NCBI RefSeq assembly: GCF_902713615.1
Contig: NW_024055497.1
Coordinates: 1,458,420-1,522,419 of the forward strand
Length of the DNA: 64,000 nt
Source of the DNA: Scyliorhinus canicula
Taxonomy: Eukaryota
Direction: 5' to 3'
Each line of letters starts with the position of its first letter. Positions within the stretch are counted from its first letter, which is position 1. Below, piece after piece: positions 51,701 to 62,867 of the stretch. A model generated the notes under the pieces. That model was not told where the DNA came from. It searched no databases and was given only the letters and a program-made list of their open reading frames with translations. A program made the position numbers and the translations under genes.

Positions 51701-52149
51701 TTCACCCCCACAACCCAAATATGTGTTGGATAGGTGGATTGGCCACGCTAAATTGCCCCTTAATTGGAAAAAAATAACTGCATGCTCTAAATTTATAAAA
51801 ATAAATATTGACCAGAAACTGTCGGAACCGGCTCTTGCATGTCTGTGTAAATGGAGAACTGTTGGTAAGAATGAGAAGAAACAGATGTTTTCGTTTCCCC
51901 TGCCAGATGCGCCATTGTAGAGTCTGCCATGATTGTCATCCCATTGGGTATAAAAGATCCCAGCTGGGGTCAATCACACGCACCTCACTCATTGGCGTTT
52001 CCAATCCGCTTTTACCCACACACATTCCTGTCACTCAGCATGATAATGAAGCCCAGGCTAAGGCCCAAAGCATCATTGTTTTCTGACAGTTTCACTTCCT
52101 ATTAAAATCAGCCGTTCATGAGATCCCCTGCTACATCATCGAAGATTAT

Positions 52150-52432
52150 CCCCAGTCTCTGTTACTGATACACTGGAGCCGGTCACTGTGATTATTATTA
52201 TACCAGACCCCAGTCTGACCCCGGGCCCGGCAGTCTCTGTTATTGATACGCTGGAGCCGGTCTCTGTGGTTATTATTATACCAGACCTCAGTCTGACCCT
52301 GGGCCCGGCAGTCTCTGTTATTGATACACTGGAGCCGGTCTCTGTGATAATTATTATACAAGGCCCCAGTCTGACCCCGGGCCCAGCAGTCTCTGTTCTT
52401 GATTCACTGGAGCCGGTCTCTGTGATGATTAT
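52150..52432. repeat. 78-bp minisatellite, ~3.6 copies
   Basis: cagtctctgtta... units start at 52153, 52231, 52309 and 52387. Confidence 0.9.
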
Positions 52433-55278
52433 TTTACTGCGCCGCTGTATGCTCCGTTTATGGAATTAATCGACAATGGACACCAAGGATTTTCATCTGA
52501 ACTATCACGGTGAAAATTGATCTAGGTTATGTGGTCGAAGCTCCGGACTGGGACTTGCACCCACAACTTTCTGACTCAGGGGGTAAGAGTACTACCATGA
52601 GTTGATCCCGACATGATCTGTCCGCAGTTCCCATTAAATTAATACAAAGGTAACTAATATGTACTAGAAATCCAAAATAAACACAGTAGCTGCTGGAAAG
52701 ACTCAACAGTGAGAAAGCGAATGGAAATCCGTTTGTTTTTCGTAAATTCACATTATTTCCACCCTCACAGGAAGGTTTGGAGAAGGTGAAGGATTTTGGA
52801 GGCTGGTTAATAAGCTGGTTCAGTTGCACGAACAGTCCTCCCATGGTCAACAATCCTGAATTTGAACCTAATTCAAACATCTCAACAACTGGAACCTGTA
52901 TTCCTGTCAGTTCGGAATTTGATCCTGATGCCTGCATTATCTTTGACCTATTCCACTTATTAATGTTCAAATATTTCGTCGATATTGATCACACAAATAC
53001 ATGCATTTTCTAATGTTGTCCTTCAAGATGGAAGTGCTCGTGGGTTTGGAAGACGCTGTCTCAGTAGCCGTGGTGAGATTCTATAGCACAGCTTGTATAT
53101 GTTACATAATCTGACACTGTTCGTCGGTGGTTGAAGGATTGGATGTTTGTGGAAGTGACAGCAGTGGAAGAGACTGTTTTGTCCTGTGTTCCTCGACTTG
53201 ACTTGCTCTGGTAGACAACATATTTATTGGGATATTCTATTTCAGTTTCTGGGCAATGGTCATTCCCAGGATATTGATGTTGGGGGATTCCATGAGGGTA
53301 ATTCCATTCAATGTCAAGTGGCGATGGTTCGATCCTCTCTTGGCCATTGCCTATACTTGTCACTTATCAGTCAAACCTGAATGTAGTCCCGACCTTGTTG
53401 CATTCTTCATAGGCTGCTTCAGTATGTGAGGGGTCGCGAATGGTGGATTAATATTGTGTAATCAACAGAGATCATCCACATTTATGCCTTTTTGAGTAAA
53501 AGAAGATAATTGATAAAACACCGAAAGATGGTTCGGCCTGGACCACTATGCTGAGGAATGCAGAAGGTTATTTTAAAGTAATAATTGAGACAGAGCCCCA
53601 TGTTATTCAAACAGGAACATGTTTAGGTTTAGTATCAGTGGAAGCTGGGTCTCGGGAAGTAACAATTAGGCATGGACTATTTTCATATTTGCTGAGGTAT
53701 TATTCAGTGCTATTGTAACTTCCTGAATGCTGAGCGTAATATAAGAAGGGCTTTGGTTCAACATGTTAACAGCTGGGATTTAGCCGAGTACAGTAATAAC
53801 TGGGCTCTGCAGTCATAAAATCAGAAACGTGGCCGAGCCTAATAGGTAAAGTCGCCATAGTCCCAGAGGACCACAGGTTGCTTTCCTCTTTGAGGGGGAG
53901 AGCTAGGTGGTGGTGATTAACCCTGACGAGAGGGGCAAGGTTGGGAAGGCAAGTCCTTTAGGAATAACGTTAGCCAGTACGGAATTCAATCCGTGTTGTT
54001 GGCCAGATTCTGCATCAAAAACCAGCTGTCGAACCTATTGAGTTAGCCTCATACGGTGTCTCGTTTAGAACAAAGAAAATTACAGCACAGGAACAGGCCC
54101 TTCGGCCTACCAGCCTGCCCCGATCCAGATCCTTCACCTAAACCTGTTGCCTATTTTCCAAGGACCTACTTCCCTCTGTTCCCCGCCCGTTCATATATCT
54201 ATATTTGATGTCATTTAATTTCATTCACCTGAGGAAGGAGCAGTACTCCGAAAGCTGGTGTTTGAAACAAACCTGTTGGACTTTAAACTGGCGTGGTAAG
54301 ACTTCTTACTGTGTCGTTTAATTTGAACACAGACAGGGTCCATTGAAAAATGAAAATCGCTTATTGTCACGAGTAGGCTTCAATGAAGTTACTGTGAAAA
54401 GCCCCTTGTCGCCACATTCCGGCGCCTGTCGGGGGAGGCTGGTATGGGAATCGAACGGTGGTTTGCTTGGTCTGCTTTAAAAGCCAGAGATTTAGCTGAG
54501 TGAGCTAAACCAGCGCCTCGTAATAATTAAGACAATCTTTGCTTCATGTAATGTCAGCAACCACGGTGTCACTGCCACCAACTGGCCAAACGTTATTATT
54601 GTAATTTCTGATTAAAAAATAAATATTTCATGTGATGTGGGCCTCACTGGCTGGATCAACATTTTTTGACCATGTCTAACCCCATGAACTAATTAGCTTA
54701 CTCTGCCATTTATTTATATTTTAAAATTCAACTTACAGCTCTTGTAGGATTTGAACACATGGTGTCAGAGAATTAGGCCGGGCATCTCAATTACGAGCCC
54801 AGTGACGTTACAGCTAACCCACTGCCGCCCCTTTAAACATAATCAGAGGGTGTGTTCAATGCAGAAGAAGACCTTTCCACCAGGCATGCATGTGCTGGCC
54901 GAATAAAGGGGCGATTTATCTAACACCACTCATTTCTCTGTAAACTAGCATTGATTTTCCATTTGAGGTAACAATCCACACACAATCAAAAAGTCCAGTC
55001 CACATCCTAACCACTGGTTGGGTGAAAATGTTTCTCCTCATGGCTGCATGTTTCCTTTCTCAATTACCTTCAATCTGTGCCTTCTGGTACGCGATCCTCC
55101 CAACAATGGAAACTGTTCCTCCATATCTACTCTGTCTAGAACCGTCATGATTTGCAATACCTCTCTCACACCACTTTTTAACCTGCTCATCAAGTGAAGC
55201 AGTCGCAAATTCTCAAATCTCTTTTCGTAAAAAAAGTTGCTTATCTCTGGACCCATTCTCGTAAATATAATTAGGCAA

Positions 55279-55734
55279 GGGGTGATTCACCTAGACAGCG
55301 CCAATGTTCACAGGAAAATCATTGAAAGCAGACACAAGTTGACAGAATCGGAGCTATTTTTTTGAGGATTGAGACAACTAGAGATGTAGATAGATTAGAA
55401 TCGATGAAGAGAATCAATCAAGCGAACACAACAGCAGATTGGTAAGTGTAAATCAGATGTATCGACAGTGAAATGGACAAACAGACAATGGTATAGAGAT
55501 GACTAAAACAAGAAAAACCAATGTCATAAGATTCCGAAAAGCAAAAACACCAAAAGACGCATTGGCCACATTGCTCTGCAGTGCCTCCTTTCCAATGAAG
55601 CATTCTGATGGAGGGAGAAGAGTTCGATGGTATTCCTTCAAAATATGGAATCTCCGTAACTTTCAGCATCAAAACTGCAGTGAGCTTTCAATGGGTTGTC
55701 TGTGAACATTGGCGCTGTCTGGGTGAATCACCCC
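55279..55734. mobile_element. Putative MITE (456 bp) with 51-bp terminal inverted repeats
   Basis: 55279-55329 matches the reverse complement of 55684-55734 at 46/51 positions (GGGGTGATTCACC...); no clean target-site duplication. Confidence 0.7.
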
Positions 55735-56566
55735 CACCCTGATAATGAAACAACATTGCGTTTAATGCCCGCCTTATTCTTATTCCCCGAGACAGTCATC
55801 GTTGTTCAGTTGCTGAGTTCCTTAAAAACAGGTGTTGATGGAATTATGAATATTAAGGTAGTAAGGAATTTGTGGATAGCTCAGGAAGGTGAGTGTCAGG
55901 TCAAACAATCAGGATCTTATTGAATGGCGGAGCAGGTTAGAAAGGCCAAGTGGCCCACGTTAAATCCTATTTCTTATCATCTTCTGTTCTTTTGTCCAAT
56001 TAACTGTTGTGGGAACAGTTTCAAGTGGTTCGATATTCATTGCTCTGACGTCGTGCATTGGCGGAAAACAAATGAACGTTAATCTGATTGGGCGGCAAGG
56101 TGGAATAGTGGTTAGCACTGCTGCCTCACATCGCTAGAGACTCGGGTTCGATTCCGACCTCGGGTATCTGTCCGGGTGGAGTTTGTACATTCTCCTCGTG
56201 TTTGCATGGGTTTCCCGCGGGTGCTCTGCTTCCCTCCCACAGTGCAAAGATGTGCAGGTTAGCTGGATTGACCATGCTAAGGGACCATGCCCCTTAGGAT
56301 GGAGTTTCAGGAAGGGTATGGAAATTCGCCCGAGATAGGACGGTCTTTCCAAAGGGACGGTGCAGTCTGTATGGGCAGAATGGCCTCCTTCTGTACTGTC
56401 GGAAATCTGTGATTCTATTCCTAGCAGGACAAAAGAACTGTGAGCTAATTGGGTGTCACCTGTTGACTGTCAGGAATTAACCAATCGGCAAAGAGACCGG
56501 AACGTCTGACCTAAAACAATTCAGGTTTAACTCCCTCTGTTCAAATCCATCATCTGTTCTGTGGAC

Positions 56567-56740
56567 ATGTTGGGAGTTACTTTTTACTCATTCATCTCAG
56601 CTGCGGCTCTCTTATCCGGTAATAGCCCAGGTTACACAACTTGCACTTAGGACCTGGACTTTCCAAAATTAGCAGCAGATTCCTCTGTCTTCAAATAAAC
56701 CCAAAGGGTTAACGAGCCGAGAGGAACAGGTACAACTTTG
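56567..56740 (+). pseudogene. Orphan V-gene leader exon plus first codons of a V exon, interrupted by a SINE
   Basis: ATG 56567 gives MLGVTFYSFISAAALLS G|gtaata (56618); acceptor ccaaag| at 56706 gives GLTSREEQVQ; SINE from ~56741; no V framework recognisable after the SINE. Confidence 0.45.
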
Positions 56741-57949
56741 AACATAGAACTTACAGCACAGAAGAAGGCCATTCAGCCCATGGCATCTGCACTGACCCAC
56801 GCAAGCCCTCACTTCTACCCTATCCCCGTAACCCAATAACCCCTCCAAACATTTTTGGACAGTAAGGGCAAATTAGCATGGCCAATCCGCCCAAACTGAA
56901 CATCTTTGGACTGTGGGAGGAAACCGGAGCAAACCCACGCAGACACGGGGCGAATGTGCTGACTCCGCACAGACAGTGACCCAGCGGGCAATCTAACCTG
57001 GGACCCTGGCGCTGTGAAGCCACAATGCTAACCACTTGTGCTACCGTGGTGCCCTTTGGGAAAGGTTTCCTCTGTTCATTTTACATCGAATCCATTTTGA
57101 GCATAATGTAAAGATATGCTTGGAGAATTTATGCCACTTTGTAAATTGATCATATTACGAAATAATAGCTGAGCTAAAGATGTGATATTGCCTTCCAGCC
57201 GTTAAAACAGGTGAACACAACAGGTAAATACTGCAGCAGATATATAATACTGGGGAAGTGCAGAAACACAGAACAAGCTTTGTACGTGCATAAAGATGTA
57301 TCCGGTGTGTTTGGGTTTCCCAGACCCGTCTTGTGATTATAGCAAACTATAATCTCTTTTCAATGAGGCGTTTGTAGCCAGCAGATTTTCCTGTGCCTGA
57401 AACACACCAAGCCTGTCTTTAGAGGCCTGTTACTTAGTAATCATTGTTCATCAGATTCAAATCATGTCCTGAAAATAACCTGTTTGTGTTTGTTTATGTT
57501 AAGAATTCTTAGTTGTATTATGTGGAACGATTTAACATTGTGAGCTTTATAATAGGGTACTGTAGTTAATAGGATTTTCCTCAGCTGGCGGGCTTCAGTT
57601 TACACTATTGACGATATGTCAAAGCCAACATTATTTGTTCCTTGTCAAGAGCTCTTTCTGAAACATCGAAGCAGGAACATACCAAGTTCCAGACCATCTG
57701 CAGCGTTTTGCATTCACAATTTTCGTGGCGAGTTCCTGGAGATGCCCAACGAAACAGCCGCAAATTCCTGCCTCGCACAATGGATGGAATACTCAGATGG
57801 AATCTGTCTTTGATGTGAACTATGTTAGATGGCGTGTATGTGGATTGTGTTCGAAGTCTGTGCTCACAGGAATGTATCAGTGTCAGTGTCTGAGCCGCTG
57901 TTATAAACAACCTTCAACAGACAGCAGCTGTGACCCAGAAAACTGCGGC

Positions 57950-58591
57950 AGTTTTTATTCGAGATTTTCCCTCGTTCCCATCACTGTGAGACTCTGTGCG
58001 CAGTAACAGATCGCGGACCGCGGTGTCAGGCAGCCGCATCTCCGAGATGGTCAATCTATACAACTTGTTTGACTGCTGGGCTGCATCAGAAAACCGGTCC
58101 TGAGCGAAATCCGCCGTCAACTCAGCACCGCCACCCTTGGATTCATGTCGCATTGCATTCACCCCCCACGATCTGGCCTCACCTGAGACAATACACACCT
58201 CTTTCACCTGTGATTATCCCTCTCACCAGTTGCTCCCTCCGGGCCTGTAAAGATTTAATTACCTGCAAATGCTCGCATTCAAAGCATCGTCTAGCATCAT
58301 TGACTTTGTCAATATATATGTTTCTGGGACCCACCTCTTCATTCACCCGAGGAAGGAGCAGTGCTCCGAACGCTGGTGATTCGAAACAAACCTGTTGGAC
58401 GTTAACCTGGTGATGTAAGACTTCTTACTGTGTGCCTCCGGACCGCAAACTCGGGCAGTCTGTCTGGGTATTGACGGTCCCAGAATAAATAATAAGCATC
58501 GTCGGTATAGGTACAGGTTGAAGTGACATCTTCTTCTTCTGTCTGTGTGAGTGAGGATTCCCGCTGAGTCACAGAATCTCTATCGCTCAGA
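57950..58591 (-). pseudogene. TRDV: TCR delta-like V pseudogene split by a repeat insertion; 23-RSS retained
   Basis: 5' half 58591-58433: LSDRDSVTQRESSLTQTEEEDVTSTCTYTDDAYYLFWDRQYPDRLPEFAVRRH. Insert ~58146-58432. 3' half: ESKGGGAELTADFAQDRFS...LTISEMRLPDTA, then a 7-bp duplication (CCGCGGT/CCGCGAT) before CYCAQS. RSS: CACAGTG 57988-57982, 23-nt spacer, ATAAAAACT 57958-57950. Delta versus alpha assignment is from recalled framework motifs. Confidence 0.85.
58146..58432 (+). mobile_element. Interspersed repeat fragment (tentatively Penelope-like 3' end) inserted in the V segment
   Basis: Terminal ~90 bp (gaggaaggagcag...ccgaa.gctggtg...aaacaaacctgttggac...gacttcttactgtg) is shared with ~54228-54313. 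Confidence 0.6.
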
Positions 58592-60417
58592 CTTGGAGCA
58601 CGTAATGAAAGCGGAAATCGTCGATTAAAACTTCAACTGAACTGTACTGAGGGTGCAAAGTCAGTCCGTGTTATCTAAAATTAGAAGAGTTTCCAGCGCA
58701 AAGAACTCATTCAGCTGAACTGGTCAATGTTCCTTCCACTTCATCTCGGTGAATAAGGAACACTTTCCGGCCCTTTCTCCCTCGCCTGTTTATCTATTGC
58801 CCCTTATTGCATCTTCTCCAATTTCAACTGCTCCTTGTGAGTTATACTTTCTAACCACTCTCCTGATAAAGATGTTTCTCTTGATTTCCAGATTGGATCA
58901 TGTTGGGTCTCTTATATTTATGAATGTTAGTTTTAGAATCATCCATAAGTATTAGCGACTTGTCCAAGTACCTCTCATTGAAATTCTTCTTCAGTTTAGA
59001 GCAACCTATTTGTTTACTTCTGAGTCTTACCTTCACTAGAGGAGGGGACGCCAGTCTGTACAGCTTTCCTTAATGGGTGGAATCTCTCAGTTACAGATTC
59101 GTCTTTGTCGTGTGTTATTTCTATTGTGTTTTGTGTCCCCATGTTCGACCGGAGGAAGTGACCAGAAATGCTCGCAATCGATCATAACTCAGAGTGGATA
59201 TAGATTTTTCCTCCTCAAGTTTCCATTTGTCAAATTTATTACTCCAAAGAGACACTCGTAAAAAAGTTAAACATCTTACAGATAATTAATATAACCCAGA
59301 CCATTGTGAGAACGAAGAGCGATATTGTTGCTTCAGCATTTTCCAGAGATTTTTTATTCATCTCAGAAACCTGTGCAAAATTAAACAAACACTGAGGCTA
59401 TTGGCTGAAGCTTGACTGAAGCCACTTCCTGTGGAACATATGACAGGAACATCGCCTCGAGAGCTGTGTCTGATTGGCCTGATATTATTTCTGTAATCAC
59501 AAGTCTGTGTTTATTGCAGAGGCTGAAAATCTAACCGTACATTTCGCTGATCACTAACAGAACGGTAAAAATCAACAAAGTTCGATCTCTAATTGACCTG
59601 AGCGACTGTTTAATCCGTAATTGTCCTGAAAGCTGTTCTCTGGAAGAATGAACAGTTTGGATGCAGATGAAGATGTTCTATTTATTTCAGTCTCTGTCAC
59701 TGAATAAATTGAACTGGCTGCCGGGAAGGGTATGGGGGAGGGGGAGTTGTTAGGGGTGGTAGTGATGGGAGTCGAATTTGATTAAGATTCTACTGTGGCA
59801 CTCAGGGAAATGATCTCTGTTGTTCGTGGCATACGTACAGGACGGGGATATACGCTGGCAGTTTAGTATCTGAAACGTGTAATTTAACATGCATGTATTT
59901 AACATACATTAGAAGTTTGCTGCCTCCATTTTAGTCTGGCGTCTGAACTGTAGTTATCATCTTGTATAATTTAAAGGTCCTCCCACCAAAGAGGTCCAGC
60001 ATTGTATTTGTCTGTTTACTTCGGTGGGAGCAGTTACGGGTTCCTCTTTATTACTATTATAATGTACTTTAATGCAGGTGAATATACACAGGAACTAATG
60101 TTAAATTATGTTTAAATCGCAGTGAAGTAACTTATTTTGACACGTGTCGTGTTATATTCAATTGATTATATAATTTTCTCAATTAATTAATATATTATTA
60201 TTTATGTCTTATTCTCTCTATGTTGTTATCTGTTCGTTTGTCTCAAATCGTGTCTCCGACCTTCTTGTCTCCACATCACGTCACCGGGTCCCTTCACTGG
60301 ACCTTGGTTGGTGAATTCGTTGAAACGGCAATTTGAGATGAATTTTATTTTCGACTCTCTGAACTTGAATTCCATGTGAAAGAACGAAAACGAGACAGAG
60401 AAAGTTTATGTGCGTGT

Positions 60418-60448
<31 letters not shown>

Positions 60449-60742
60449 GCGAGATACCGACAGAGAAGCCGAACAGCAGAGAGAGACAGACACGAAAAGA
60501 AAGCTGTGAGACACCAAGGCAATGAAAATGCTAAAGGAGTTCATGAGTGCAGAAGCAAGAACGATTGGTGCCCGACTCTCACGAGCACTGAGGGACTAGC
60601 CAATCCTGACCTTGGGAAACGCCCATCAGAATCACATTGCGTGAAATCTGCAGCTGATTGGAGATTACTCTTTAATATCAGACTAGAACTGCAACTTACT
60701 TCAAACATGATGTTATTTCTTTCCAACTTTAAACCAGGCGCC

Positions 60743-60788
60743 ATGTTCTCCTCATATTGCTTTATGGTGATTCTCAGCATCCTGCCCA
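60743..60788 (+). CDS. TRAV: TCR alpha-like V leader exon (MFSSYCFMVILSILP)
   Basis: ccATG at 60743, 46 nt, donor |gtgagt at 60789; 99-nt intron. Confidence 0.9.
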
Positions 60789-60887
60789 GTGAGTCAATAT
60801 TTACTATAATATTTAATATCACACATGCACATGTTCCATATGTTATGTTCACTCCCAGACGTTTGAAACATTGTTTGTCTTTTACAG

Positions 60888-61191
60888 GAACAAATGGCGA
60901 AGAAGCAGTGTTCCAGGATCGATCTGAATTAAAGGTTCGGGAAGGACAGAACGTAACACTGGATTGTAGATACTCGACAGCTGCTCTTCGAACTCTGTTC
61001 TGGTACATCCAGTATCCCGGGAAAGCTCCAAAATATTTAATGATAATATATAGCTCTGGGGGTGTAAATAAGTCTCCAAATTTACCAGCCAGGTTCTTGG
61101 CGGTTTTGCATAAAGAAAGCACAACGGTTCCTTTAACTATCACCGGGGCCCTTCTCTCCGACTGCGCCGTGTATTTCTGTGCCATGGAGCC
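60888..61191 (+). CDS. TRAV: Intact TCR alpha/delta-type V exon (V-alpha-like)
   Basis: Acceptor ttttacag| at 60886-60887. TNGEEAVFQDRSELKVREGQNVTLDCRYSTAALRTLFWYIQYPGKAPKYLMIIYSSGGVNKSPNLPARFLAVLHKESTTVPLTITGALLSDCAVYFCAMEP has conserved Cys, WYxQ and YFC, with a TCR-type CAxxP end. Confidence 0.9.
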
Positions 61192-61229
61192 CACACTGCT
61201 GCAGAGAGAGCAGATGCCGTACAATAACC
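61192..61229 (+). promoter_or_regulatory. V RSS with 22-bp spacer (23-type)
   Basis: CACACTG 61192-61198, 22-nt spacer, ACAATAACC 61221-61229. Confidence 0.88.
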
Positions 61230-61884
61230 CCACACTGAGAGTTCCAGTTAGTCCTCACCAGAGGGCGGTCTCTCGCCGATAAACATTCAACCTCCACAGT
61301 GAAAGCCAACGGGACATTTCATAATTTCAGAGCAAGACGGGGCACCCAACAAAACCAGGCAAGGGCCACTTAGGGAATTAAAGTAGTTGCTTTCAGCTCA
61401 CAGCTATAATAAAAATGAGAGTCACAAATAAATTTCTGGTGTCACCTCGTTTTTTTCTTTTGATGTTATTTCTGTGTCTGTCTGACTTATTGTGCAGCTT
61501 TCTCCCCGTCTCCCCGTTAGTATACCGATCCTTGTGATCACGACCGCGCACAAACTCTATATGAACAGCGTGTTTTAGTTGGCTGGACTGTATTAATGAA
61601 AAGATTGAAATTTACAAATTAGGAACATCGAGTGTTAAAACACACTCCCATGCATCAATTTCCCTCGATGTTCATGGCCTTTTGGAGTGTCTTTTTATTT
61701 CTATAATATGTTTCTGTTCATTCGCAGTCACTTCACTATTCATCCGTTTCACAACCGCACTGCGAGCAAATGGCAGTGAGTTGATAGAATCCTGAGACCT
61801 TACAGCAGATTATTGATGGTGGGATAGCGATCGGTATCTTCAAATACTCAACTCTCCTTTGAGAGAGCGGATAGCAAGCAGAAT

Positions 61885-62368
61885 ATGACTTAGCATCAGG
61901 ATATTGTGGGAATATTTCTGACAGGTAATTGTGGACTAAACACCTTTCGCATTTTCTCTAATTTCCAAAATAGGGTATGAATCAGAATATTAAACACCCG
62001 CCGGTCTGATAATTCCTTGTTTGAATATGGATTTAGATCCAGGTCATGGAGGCTCTGTTTGTCAGTTGCTGTCCTTAGATCTAAACACAGTTGTAGAAGG
62101 GAAAACTGAAAAAGGTATATGCAACATCAGCTTCATTATTTATTCTGACTTCAAGGGTAGAGATACACAGCGCGTGAAGTTGCACTGCAGAAATTCTGGG
62201 TCGGTAAATGAAAGTTTTGCCAAACCATATTTATCGGTAGAATTCGAGACCTCAACTCAATTCACCCGTTGAAGCTTCAAGGGGCGGCAGCTGACTGTCT
62301 ACCGTCTATTACTGCGTTCTGTCTGTGGGAATTGTGATGGAAAGCAGTCTTAACCCTGTACGTTTACC
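61885..62368 (+). pseudogene. TRDV: TCR delta-like V pseudogene with eroded RSS
   Basis: Decayed leader 61885-61924 (internal TAG, donor gtaatt); acceptor ccag| at 62042. GHGGSVCQ...TVVEGKTEKGICNIS, then YLF* where the Trp would be, ...SFAKPYLSVEFETSTQFTR*...QLT..TVYYCVLS. Degenerate aattgtg 62330-62336, 23-nt spacer, acgtttacc 62360-62368. Confidence 0.72.
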
Positions 62369-62867
62369 TTGGACAGTAGATCAGTACTCCTGTCTGTTTG
62401 GGGGTTCTACAGAATCTCGGGCAGTAATATGAGCAGCGCTGTCAGCCTCTCAAACCAAATACTGCCAACAAACCAACGAAAACGTCAGGATACCGGTTCC
62501 AGAAGGGTACCTCTGACGTCACAAAGAACCGGCAGACTGACATCACAGATAGTACAGACTGACTTCAGAGAGACTGCAGTCTGACTTTCCTCAGGCGGAA
62601 GCACTGACGCATGCGCACTCTCCTGCTTGTGGTGGAACAGCAATGCTGAAGCTCCCTCATACCTTCACTTTGTTATCCACATTCCCAGGAACACCTTTCT
62701 GGCCTCTGCAGTGTATCTGGTGTAGGGCTCAGTTTGATGCACAACAGCGTTGCCTTCTCAGTTTGGGTTCTGCTGACAGGTATTTTACAAATTGGTTTTG
62801 ATCTGAGATGTGAATCTGAGCTACACTTTCGTGATCCGATTCAGTGAGAGATCCCCAGTGCCTTGTC

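Noticed and set aside
52146-52469. ORFs with a 26-aa periodicity on both strands
   Set aside because: Consequence of a 78-bp minisatellite; no splice or expression cues.
55453-55641. Hydrophobic ORF resembling a receptor transmembrane exon
   Set aside because: Lies inside the MITE, lacks the TCR/Ig TM signature residues and has no convincing splice context.
60541-61233. 230-aa minus-strand ORF
   Set aside because: Antisense shadow of the V gene with no recognisable domain.
60410-61282. 290-aa ORF as a single protein
   Set aside because: A composite of a (GA)n repeat, promoter, leader, an in-frame 99-nt intron and the V exon read through the RSS; the real gene is leader plus V.
61295-61322. 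Isolated CACAGTG downstream of the intact V
   Set aside because: No acceptable nonamer at 12 or 23 spacing and no adjacent coding segment.
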